Assembly (NCBI GenBank): GCA_037442925.1
Contig: JBBIPG010000061.1
Coordinates: 1-13,826, forward strand
Direction of reading: 5' to 3'
DNA from: Candidatus Fraserbacteria bacterium
Lineage (GTDB): Bacteria; Bipolaricaulota; Bipolaricaulia; RBG-16-55-9
Length of the DNA: 13,826 bases
Shown: in pieces, positions 6,984 to 13,826 of the stretch
Layout: each line of letters starts with the position of its first letter
Position numbering within the stretch: position 1 is the stretch's first letter
Made by a program: the position numbers and the translations under genes
Notes under the pieces: model-generated
What the model was told of the DNA's origin: nothing
Database searches by the model: none
Seen by the model: the letters and a program-made list of their open reading frames with translations, nothing else

Positions 6984-7852
6984 GTGCGATGGGCTACTTT
7001 GTGGGGTTCGTCTGTTACTTATTGCACCTCATCGGGGCTCCCCAAGGCAAAGGCGGTAGCGGGCGCCTCGGCGTCGTCGCGGGCGCGGGAGCCGGGGGGC
7101 TTACGAAGCAGACGACGTGGGGAACGCTGGCCACCTGGATCACGGTGGTGGCCTTCGCGAGTGCTACGCTGGGGGTCATCTTGCGGGTGATGGAGCTCTG
7201 GCGGGTCTCCGGCTTCTTCCTGCCACTGCCTGTCACGAGCAGCTATGAGACGTTTGCTTTCTTCGCCTGGGTGATCCCGCTGGCCTATCTCATCTTCGAG
7301 TGGCGCTACAAGATCAAGACGCTCGGGGCTTTCGCCATTGGGTTGGCGTTCTTATTTGTGGCTCTGGCTTCCTCGCCACTGGTGGCCGACAAGGGAGCTC
7401 AGCCGCTGGTGCCGGCCCTGCAGAGCTATTGGCTGGTGGCTCATGTCATCTTCACCATCGTAGGTGAAGGATTCTTCGCTCTCGCATTTGTGGCCGGGCT
7501 GCTCTTCCTCTGGCAGACCTGGCGGGGCAAGGAAGCTCTCGCTGTCAAGAAACTCGATGAAGTGGGTTACAAGGCCATTGCGATTGGATTCCCCTTCTTT
7601 ACGCTGGGGGCATTGATCTTTGGAATGGTCTGGGCTCAACATGCCTGGGGTCGGTATTGGGGATGGGATCCGAAAGAGGTTTGGAGCCTGGTCACGTGGT
7701 TCGTCTTCGCTCTATATCTGCACGCCCGGGTCGCCTGGGGCTGGCGCGATCACAAGACGGCTTGGCTAGCCGTCTTTGGCTTTGTGGCGGCGCTCTTCAC
7801 CTGGTTCGGTGTCAATTACGTGCTCTCCGGACTGCATAGCTATACGGGCTAG
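6953..7852 (+). CDS. ccsA: System II cytochrome c synthase subunit CcsA/ResC (WWD domain)
   Basis: LVPALQSYWLVAHV, WAQHAWGRYWGWDPKEVWSLVTW, YLHAR and GVNYVLSGLHSY. Overlaps the 3' end of resB by 31 nt. Confidence 0.96.
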   Translation: MFDSTFFFYLSAMGYFVGFVCYLLHLIGAPQGKGGSGRLGVVAGAGAGGLTKQTTWGTLATWITVVAFASATLGVILRVMELWRVSGFFLPLPVTSSYETFAFFAWVIPLAYLIFEWRYKIKTLGAFAIGLAFLFVALASSPLVADKGAQPLVPALQSYWLVAHVIFTIVGEGFFALAFVAGLLFLWQTWRGKEALAVKKLDEVGYKAIAIGFPFFTLGALIFGMVWAQHAWGRYWGWDPKEVWSLVTWFVFALYLHARVAWGWRDHKTAWLAVFGFVAALFTWFGVNYVLSGLHSYTG

Positions 7853-7904
7853 CGATGGACGGATCTCGCACTTGGGTTGTGCGCTGAGCCCCATTCCACT
7901 GCTC

Positions 7905-7951
7905 TTGTAAGACAAAGTGATCTTGTGCTAAAATTAACTTAAAGAAGGAGG
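7905..7951 (+). promoter_or_regulatory. Putative sigma70 promoter and RBS of the ABC transporter operon
   Basis: TTGTAA (7905-7910), 18-nt spacer, TG-C-TAAAAT (7926-7934); SD AAGGAGG at 7945-7951. Confidence 0.6.
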
Positions 7952-7955
7952 GAAA

Positions 7956-9212
7956 ATGATGACCAAGATGAGAGGGTTGTTGCTTATTGGGTTGGCAGTA
8001 TTGGCAGCGTTCGGCCTTCAAGCCTCGCCCAGTCTCACGCAACAAGAGTTGCCAAGTCAGATCGTCATGGGCGGGCCCATCAGTCTATCGGGCGCGTATG
8101 CCAAAGAGGGCTCTCAGGGTCTTTGGGGCTTTCAAGTGGCAGAGAAGTGGGTCAATGAGGTCTACGGTGGCGTTCGGATCGGAGGAAGGCAGATTCCCAT
8201 CAAGTATGTCTACTACGACGACGAGTCCAAGAAAGAGAACGTGACCAGCTTGCTCGAGCGGTTGATCACAGTGGACGGCGTGAAATTCCTCTTCGCTCCT
8301 TATTCTTCCGGGCTGACTCTGGCCGGAGCCCCCGTCGCCGAGCAGTACCAGGCGCTCTACAACTCCCACGGCGGTGCCAGCGACCGCATCTTCGAGCAAG
8401 GCTATAGATATGCCGTTCAGACGATCGTTCCCGGCACCAGATACCAGGTGGACATGTTCGATATGATGAGGGCCCTGGATCCTCAAGCTACCAAGGTCGC
8501 TTTCCTCTTCGAGGACGATGAGTTCACCAGGACGGTTAGGCAGGGGGCCTTAGCATATGCTACAGCACTTGGATTCGACATCGTCTTCGATCGAACCTAC
8601 CCCTCGAAAGTAGCGGATTTGACTCCCGCTCTCACCGAGATGGCCGCGACCAACCCAGACTTCCTCGTGGGGGGAGGCCACTTCGCTGATGGCCAACTGC
8701 TAGCGCAGCAGATCGGGGGTCTGGGCATAACGCTCAAGGCCGCATCCATCGTCGTGGCCCCGACCTTACCCGCCTTCGGTGAAGCTCTGACGAATCAGGC
8801 CAATGGCTTCATCGGCCCGGCCCACTGGGAGATCGGGGTCAAGTTCAGCCCGGAAACGGCCTCTTACCCCTGGTTCGGTCCAACCAGATCGGAAGAGCTC
8901 GATACATTCCGCCAGATCTCAGGAGGCGTGGAGCCGGATTACCATGGTGCGGAGGCTACAGCCGCACTCCTCTCTTATGTGCTGGGGATCACGATGGCCC
9001 AGAGCCTCGATACTACTGCCGTGAGAGAGGCGATGGGGTTCCTACGCTTCACGTCATTCTACGGGGATTGGGGGATCGACGAGACAGGCAAGCAGATTGC
9101 CCATAAGTCGGTGCTCATACAATGGCAAAACGGGAGGAAGGAGATCGTCTGGCCCGCGGAAGCACAGACGGCCGCCCCTTGCTACCCCATGGCCACCTGC
9201 CCAGGTAGGTAA
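7956..9212 (+). CDS. livK: HAAT/Liv-family ABC transporter substrate-binding protein (substrate not determined)
   Basis: Signal peptide; GGPISLSGAYAKEG, YYDDES and ERLITVDGVKFLFAPYSSGLT; C-terminal QWQNG..EIVWP. Lies upstream of LivH/M/G/F homologs. Confidence 0.9.
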   Translation: MMTKMRGLLLIGLAVLAAFGLQASPSLTQQELPSQIVMGGPISLSGAYAKEGSQGLWGFQVAEKWVNEVYGGVRIGGRQIPIKYVYYDDESKKENVTSLLERLITVDGVKFLFAPYSSGLTLAGAPVAEQYQALYNSHGGASDRIFEQGYRYAVQTIVPGTRYQVDMFDMMRALDPQATKVAFLFEDDEFTRTVRQGALAYATALGFDIVFDRTYPSKVADLTPALTEMAATNPDFLVGGGHFADGQLLAQQIGGLGITLKAASIVVAPTLPAFGEALTNQANGFIGPAHWEIGVKFSPETASYPWFGPTRSEELDTFRQISGGVEPDYHGAEATAALLSYVLGITMAQSLDTTAVREAMGFLRFTSFYGDWGIDETGKQIAHKSVLIQWQNGRKEIVWPAEAQTAAPCYPMATCPGR

Positions 9213-9264
9213 GCCAGCGTAGACTCTAGCACGGTGCGCGCTTCCCGTATGCAGCCGGTGTGGA

Positions 9265-9304
9265 GAGGGAGGTCGATATGCAGCCGACCTCCCTCGATTC
9301 TTTT
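9265..9304 (+). terminator. Intercistronic stem-loop (mRNA stabiliser or partial terminator) after the SBP gene
   Basis: Perfect 11-bp stem GAGGGAGGTCG (9265-9275) / CGACCTCCCTC (9285-9295) with a 9-nt loop, followed by GATTCTTTT. Confidence 0.75.
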
Positions 9305-9322
9305 CCCTGAGGGTGAGTAGCT

Positions 9323-10219
9323 ATGCCCCTATTCTGGTCGATGTTACTAGGAAATCTTATCCATGGGGTGCTGCTGGGATCCGTCTATGGCATGATGACC
9401 ATGGGGTTGAGCTTCATCTTCGGGGTCTTGCGGATTGTCAACGTGGGCCACGGAGCCTTCATCATGGTCGGAGCCTACATCGCCCTTTGGATGTTCATAC
9501 TCTTTGGTCTGCCGCCCCTCGCTTCCATCCCGCTCGCTGCAGCAACGGGGATGGCCTTAGGCTTTATCTTCTTTTACACGGTGATCCGAAGGTTGGTCGG
9601 GACCCCTGAGCTCACCACACTGCTGGCCACCTTTGCGATTGGCATCCTGCTGGAAGAGGTCGCCAAGTTCCTCTGGGGTCCGGACTTTCGCGGCTTTAAC
9701 TGGCTTGTGGGCAAGTGGATCCTGCCGGTGACCACCATTCCTCTAAACAAGATCTACGCGCTCATCGCCAGCATCGCAATCGCGATCACCCTATACGCCT
9801 GGTTCAGGAAAGCCAGATCGGGAATGGCGATACGCTCCGTCATGGAAGATAGCGAAGGGGCCAGGGTCTGTGGGGTCAATGTGGAAGGCATCTATGCCCT
9901 AAGCTTCGCCATCGGCATCGGCTTGACGGTGTTAGGCGGAACCTTGCTCACCTTGTTCATACCGGTAGGCATCAATCCGTATATGGGTGGGATCTATACG
10001 CTGAAGGCTTTCGTCATCGCGGTGCTGGGAGGGCTCATCTCCCCTTGGGGTGCCTTCTATGCCGGCTTCATCTTCGGCCTGATCGAGAACGGTTCTTATA
10101 CGCTCTTGGGGCTGATCCCCGGCATCGAACCCTTCAGTATGACCCAGTTCTTGGCCTTCTTCTTGTTGCTCGTCATCCTGCTGCTTAGGCCCACAGGCCT
10201 CTTGGGGGCGCGAGCGTGA
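9323..10219 (+). CDS. livH: HAAT ABC transporter permease, LivH type
   Basis: GSVYGMMTMGLSFIFGVLRIVNVGHGAF, GMAIRSV.ED..GA..CGVN and KAFVIAVLGG. Confidence 0.93.
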   Translation: MPLFWSMLLGNLIHGVLLGSVYGMMTMGLSFIFGVLRIVNVGHGAFIMVGAYIALWMFILFGLPPLASIPLAAATGMALGFIFFYTVIRRLVGTPELTTLLATFAIGILLEEVAKFLWGPDFRGFNWLVGKWILPVTTIPLNKIYALIASIAIAITLYAWFRKARSGMAIRSVMEDSEGARVCGVNVEGIYALSFAIGIGLTVLGGTLLTLFIPVGINPYMGGIYTLKAFVIAVLGGLISPWGAFYAGFIFGLIENGSYTLLGLIPGIEPFSMTQFLAFFLLLVILLLRPTGLLGARA

Positions 10220-11208
10220 TGCGCAGATTTTATCCGCTGATCCCTGTCCTGCTGCTCTATCTGGTGCTCTATGTGATCGGCTCGGAGGTGCGGGGGATGT
10301 GGCAACCGATGGCGCTTTTGGCGTTTTACGCCGCGCTCGGCCAGGCCTTCAATATCTTCTTGGGGATGACGGGCTACGTCGACTTTGGATATGTGGCCTT
10401 TCTGGCCTTGGGTTCTTATGGGATGGCGTTGTCCGTATCGAGCTTATACGAATCTCCCTGGCTCGGTGGAGGGATCATCCTGATCGGGCTTCTTCTGGGG
10501 CTGGCGATGGCCACTGTGCTGTCGCTCGCTGTGGGAGCTATTGCCCTGCGCCTGCGGGGAGCCTATTTTGCGATTGCCACCATCGGCGTGAACGAGGGGT
10601 TCCGCTACTTGATCGAGGGGGTCAAATTGTGGGGAGGGTCCGAAGGTATCATCATTTCGCGGCCGCTTAGGGAGGCATTCGGGGCCGCTGGTGCCAATCA
10701 GCTCTCCACCTTTTGGGCCGACACCCTCATCTATCTCATTGCAGCTCTGGCGGCCCTGATCACGCTGCTCTACATGCGTAGCAAGATCAGCTACGCCCTG
10801 ACCGCTCTTAGGGAAGACGAGGACGCAGCCAAGGTCATGGGGGTTCATACGACGAAATATAAGATCATTGCCTTTATCACCAGTGCCGCCTTGGGGGGCT
10901 TGATCGGGGCTGCGGGATGGACTCTCAAGCTGACCTACGTCTTCCCGGCGGATGTGTTCAACATCACCTACACCGTGGAGGCCATTGTGATTGTGCTGTT
11001 GGGTGGGGCTGGGACCTTGCTGGGCCCGTTGAGCGGTGGCCTCATCTATGCGGCTCTCAAGTACTGGTTGAGCGTCACGTTCCCCGGCCTGCAATTGCTC
11101 ATTCTTGCGCCGATCATCCTGCTCATTATCGTGGCCTTTCCGCAGGGGCTGATTGGGGTGTTGAAAGCCAAAGTGAAGGGGACGCCGCTAGAGAAGGTGA
11201 TCGTCTGA
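10216..11208 (+). CDS. livM: HAAT ABC transporter permease, LivM type
   Basis: AFNIFLGMTGYVDFG, LRLRGAYFAIATIG, ALREDEDAAKVMGV and LLGGAGTLLGP. The start (GTG 10216 or ATG 10219) overlaps the livH stop. Confidence 0.93.
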   Translation: MMRRFYPLIPVLLLYLVLYVIGSEVRGMWQPMALLAFYAALGQAFNIFLGMTGYVDFGYVAFLALGSYGMALSVSSLYESPWLGGGIILIGLLLGLAMATVLSLAVGAIALRLRGAYFAIATIGVNEGFRYLIEGVKLWGGSEGIIISRPLREAFGAAGANQLSTFWADTLIYLIAALAALITLLYMRSKISYALTALREDEDAAKVMGVHTTKYKIIAFITSAALGGLIGAAGWTLKLTYVFPADVFNITYTVEAIVIVLLGGAGTLLGPLSGGLIYAALKYWLSVTFPGLQLLILAPIILLIIVAFPQGLIGVLKAKVKGTPLEKVIV

Positions 11209-11975
11209 TGGCGCTTTTGAAGCTGGAGAACGTGACCAAGAGGTTTGGAGGATTGACGGCAGTCGATCGGGTGAGTCTGGAGATCGCTCACGGAGAGGCC
11301 ATCGGCATCGTGGGCCCCAACGGCAGCGGTAAGACCACCCTGTTCAACATCATCAGCGGCGTCTATCCTCCTGACGAAGGCAGGGTGTTTTTCGAAGGAG
11401 AGGACATTACCCGTCTGCCACCCTATAAGAGGACCCATTTGGGGATCGGGCGGACCTTTCAGATTCCAAGACCCTTCAGCGCGGCCACCGTGAGAGAGAA
11501 CGTGGCTATTGGGGCCATGTTCGGGACACTCAGCGGAAACGTGCGCGTCGATGAAGCCTTAGAGATCGCCGACCGCTATCTGAAGCTCACCGGGTTTTAT
11601 GAGCAGCGGGATAAGATCTCGGGGAAGCTCACTCCCGTGGAGAAGAAGATGATGGAGATCGCCCGCGCTTTGGCCATGAGGCCCAAGCTCCTTCTCTTGG
11701 ATGAATCCATGGCCGGGATGCCCCCCAAAGACATCGACGGGATGATCAAATTCCTGAAGAAGGTCAAAGAAGAGGAGGGCATCGCGATCGTTTCAATGGT
11801 AGAGCATATCATGCGGGCAGTAGCGGGGTTTGCCCAAAGAGTCGTCGTGATGCACCAGGGGCGGAAGCTACTAGAAGCACCTACGGCGGAGGCCCTAAGC
11901 GACTCGCGGGTCGTGGATATCTACCTTGGGCGTCCCTCGGAGGAGGCAGAGGATGCTGAAAGTCGACGCTCTTGA
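11208..11975 (+). CDS. livG: HAAT ABC transporter ATP-binding protein, LivG type
   Basis: The true start is most likely ATG 11208 (TGATG overlap with livM), not 10917. KRFGGLTAV, Walker A GPNGSGKT, GIGRTFQ, Walker B LLLLDE, H-loop VEH. Confidence 0.93.
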   Translation: MALLKLENVTKRFGGLTAVDRVSLEIAHGEAIGIVGPNGSGKTTLFNIISGVYPPDEGRVFFEGEDITRLPPYKRTHLGIGRTFQIPRPFSAATVRENVAIGAMFGTLSGNVRVDEALEIADRYLKLTGFYEQRDKISGKLTPVEKKMMEIARALAMRPKLLLLDESMAGMPPKDIDGMIKFLKKVKEEEGIAIVSMVEHIMRAVAGFAQRVVVMHQGRKLLEAPTAEALSDSRVVDIYLGRPSEEAEDAESRRS

Positions 11976-12657
11976 ATCGGGATATGGGTCAATGCAAGTG
12001 CTGTGGGGACCGAACCTGGAGGTGAGAGAGGGCTCGATTACGGGCCTTCTTGGGCCCAACGGGGCCGGAAAGACAACCCTGCTCCGGACGATTCTGGGCA
12101 CGGTGAGACCCTGGGGCGGTTGCATCACGTATATGGGGAAGGATGTCAGCTATGCCGCACCTCACAAGAAGGTGGGCATGAATATGGCTTTAGTCCCTGA
12201 AGGAAGGCATCTATTCGTCAATATGAGCACGCAAGAGAACTTGATGATGGGAGCCTATCAAAGGGAGGCGCTTAAACACAAGAATGAATCTCTGGAGATG
12301 ATCTATTCGCTCTTCCCCATTCTTAAAGAGCGGGCCCAGCAGAGGGCTGGGACACTGAGCGGTGGCGAACAACAGATGTTGACGATAGCGCGTGGCTTGA
12401 TGAGCCGGCCGAAACTGATGATGCTGGACGAACCGAGCCAGGGGCTGGCTCCAAAACTCGTGGGTGAGGTTTTCGCCGCCATTGAGAAGATGCGAAAGGA
12501 GACTGGCTTAACGATCCTCCTCGTGGAGCAGAACGTGGAATACTCGCTGACTGTTTCAGATTATGTCTATATTATGCATGAGGGGAGGATCAAAGCGGAA
12601 GGGACTGCTCCGGAGATCAAGGGATCAGAGGTGAGAGAGGTCTATCTGGGGATCTGA
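11953..12657 (+). CDS. livF: HAAT ABC transporter ATP-binding protein, LivF type
   Basis: Start ATG 11953 after SD AGGAGG (11941-11946). GPNGAGKT, VPEGRHLF, LSGGEQQML, LDEPSQGLAP and ILLVEQN. Confidence 0.95.
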   Translation: MLKVDALESGYGSMQVLWGPNLEVREGSITGLLGPNGAGKTTLLRTILGTVRPWGGCITYMGKDVSYAAPHKKVGMNMALVPEGRHLFVNMSTQENLMMGAYQREALKHKNESLEMIYSLFPILKERAQQRAGTLSGGEQQMLTIARGLMSRPKLMMLDEPSQGLAPKLVGEVFAAIEKMRKETGLTILLVEQNVEYSLTVSDYVYIMHEGRIKAEGTAPEIKGSEVREVYLGI

Positions 12658-12661
12658 TAAG

Positions 12662-12695
12662 TGGACTTGACAAGTCCAATTTTCTCTGCTAAGAT
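12662..12695 (+). promoter_or_regulatory. Near-consensus sigma70 promoter with a perfect palindrome over the -35 box
   Basis: TTGACA (12667-12672), 17-nt spacer, TG-C-TAAGAT (12687-12695). The IR TGGACTTG-a-CAAGTCCA spans 12662-12678. Confidence 0.75.
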
Positions 12696-12740
12696 TCTTG
12701 CACCAAAACGCATGAGCAGAAGGAGTGAGCCAATCATGAG

Positions 12741-12787
12741 AGGTGTTCGCCTTTGTTGAGCTGCTAAAGGCAGGTGTTCGCCTTTGT
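12741..12787 (+). repeat. 16-bp direct repeat with an intervening complementary segment
   Basis: AGGTGTTCGCCTTTGT at 12741-12756 and 12772-12787. The spacer contains AAAGGC (12766-12771), complementary to GCCTTT in both copies. Confidence 0.85.
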
Positions 12788-12905
12788 CGACCCACCTAAC
12801 CATTTAACTTCCACTAACGATCTTCGCCAGACCTTATCGTGCTTTAAATCCTCAGTTAATGTCTTCGACGGCTGGTACGCGATTCGCTTTGGCAATTGGC
12901 GAGAG

Positions 12906-13826
12906 ATGTACGACAATCTCGGACGGCAGCTGCGGGAGCATGGGGTTCTGCGCGGTCTGATGAGGGCATTCTTTCAGCAGACGAGCGGCCTGGGATATGT
13001 CATCTCCCAATACCCTGGGGGCGGCTGGGAGTTCGTCGATTACCTGCTCCGTCGACGAGAGCGCGGTTCACTGGATCGGCTCTTTGTGGAGAACCCGTGG
13101 GCTTGGGGCATCCGCCATCGCGCCCAGATCGTTCAGGATTTGCTGGCACAATTCATCAACGAGCGACGGGTGCAAGACGAGGAGATAGCAGTGTTGGATC
13201 TAGGGTGCGGACCGGGCCATCTGGCCCTGCACGTTGCCCAGCTAGGAGCTCAGCACGTTGTGGGGGTCGATTACGATCCACGCGCAATTCAGATCGCGAA
13301 AAGTAGAGCGGATCAGCACGGTCTGAACGGTCGAGTCCACTTTGAGCACGAAGACGCCTTTCAGTATCTAGCGAACACGCCAGAAGACTTCGATCTGGCT
13401 CTGGTGATCGGGTTGATCGCTTATCTAGATGATGACAAGGCCATCGAGCTTCTCGCCGGTGTCCGTGGGCGCTTGCGGAAAGGCGGGTGGCTCATCACCA
13501 ACAACACGAGCGCCCAGGTCAATCCACTGCTATTGCGCTGGGCACGGCTGATGGGGCTCAAAGGGTTGCGAGGTCGGTCAGCAGAAGAGTTGCACAAGCT
13601 GCTCGCCGAAGCCGGCTATCAGCGAATCCGTCTGATCACCGATCCGTCCCGGACACAGCACATGGCCGTTGGCAAGGTGGAAAGTAGGCTCCAGAGCACC
13701 CCAAGAGCGCATGTCGTTGAGTGGATTCCCATCGACCAGCTTTGGGATCATGAGGAGGTCGAAACTGAGAGAGTACAGTCTCTGGCAAACGAGATCCAAA
13801 AGCGCCGACGTGTTGCGCCCCTCTTG
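12906..13826 (+). CDS. Class I SAM-dependent methyltransferase with a probable C-terminal ParB/Srx-like domain; 3'-truncated and absent from the ORF track
   Basis: Manual translation gives a stop-free frame from 12768 to the window end; possible starts are GTG 12774, ATG 12906 or ATG 12960. Motifs IAVLDLGCGPG, VVGVDYDPRAI, FEHEDAF, FDLALVIGLIAYL and LRKGGWLIT, then VEWIPIDQLWDHEEVETERVQSLANEIQKRRRVAPLL. Confidence 0.88.
   Translation, partial: MYDNLGRQLREHGVLRGLMRAFFQQTSGLGYVISQYPGGGWEFVDYLLRRRERGSLDRLFVENPWAWGIRHRAQIVQDLLAQFINERRVQDEEIAVLDLGCGPGHLALHVAQLGAQHVVGVDYDPRAIQIAKSRADQHGLNGRVHFEHEDAFQYLANTPEDFDLALVIGLIAYLDDDKAIELLAGVRGRLRKGGWLITNNTSAQVNPLLLRWARLMGLKGLRGRSAEELHKLLAEAGYQRIRLITDPSRTQHMAVGKVESRLQSTPRAHVVEWIPIDQLWDHEEVETERVQSLANEIQKRRRVAPLL

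Noticed and set aside
7867..7883. Hairpin CGCAC/GTGCG after ccsA as a terminator
   Set aside because: The stem is only 5 bp and has no U-tract.
10917..11207. 97-aa N-terminal extension of LivG in the ORF track
   Set aside because: It overlaps livM out of frame. The TGATG coupling at 11206-11210 and the start of LivG similarity point to ATG 11208.
11628..11670. Degenerate ABC signature in LivG (LTPVEKK) as evidence of a pseudogene
   Set aside because: LivG-type subunits commonly have a degenerate signature, and Walker A/B and the H-loop are intact.
12741..12787. Direct repeat as a CRISPR array or IS target-site duplication
   Set aside because: There are only two 16-nt copies with a 15-nt spacer, and no cas or transposase genes in the window.
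12700..12905. Known riboswitch (SAM-I, SAH, cobalamin, TPP, glycine) or T-box in the MTase leader
   Set aside because: I could not find their conserved core sequences by eye; an Rfam/Infernal scan would be decisive.
12896..13799. ORF-track entries 12896-13306, 12997-13188, 13487-13687 (+) and 13578-13799 (-)
   Set aside because: These are shadows of the real methyltransferase frame and have no recognisable motifs.

Overview
Bacterial chromosomal window with sigma70-like promoters and Shine-Dalgarno (SD) sites. All credible genes are on the + strand, in four blocks. (1) The 3' part of an unsplit Rieske/cytb-complex cytochrome b with a PDWY Qo motif. (2) A thiol-redox and System II (Res/Ccs) cytochrome c maturation region: a small signal-peptide/CxxC/RPP ORF resembling CruR/CutF-type (DUF2946-like) metal-sensing leader peptides, two tandem CxC Ig-fold (DUF1573-like) proteins, a thioredoxin-fold/DsbD-TM fusion, CcdA, ResA/TlpA, ResB and CcsA/ResC. 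This ResB carries an unusual N-terminal zinc ribbon plus a CX2CX4CX16C [4Fe-4S] motif. (3) A complete HAAT/Liv-type ABC importer (KHMGF). (4) A near-consensus promoter overlapped by a palindrome, then a structured leader with a micro-ORF and a 16-bp duplication, then a gene missing from the ORF track because it runs off the window: a class I SAM methyltransferase apparently fused to a ParB/Srx-like domain. Family assignments come from motif recognition by eye; no database searches were run.
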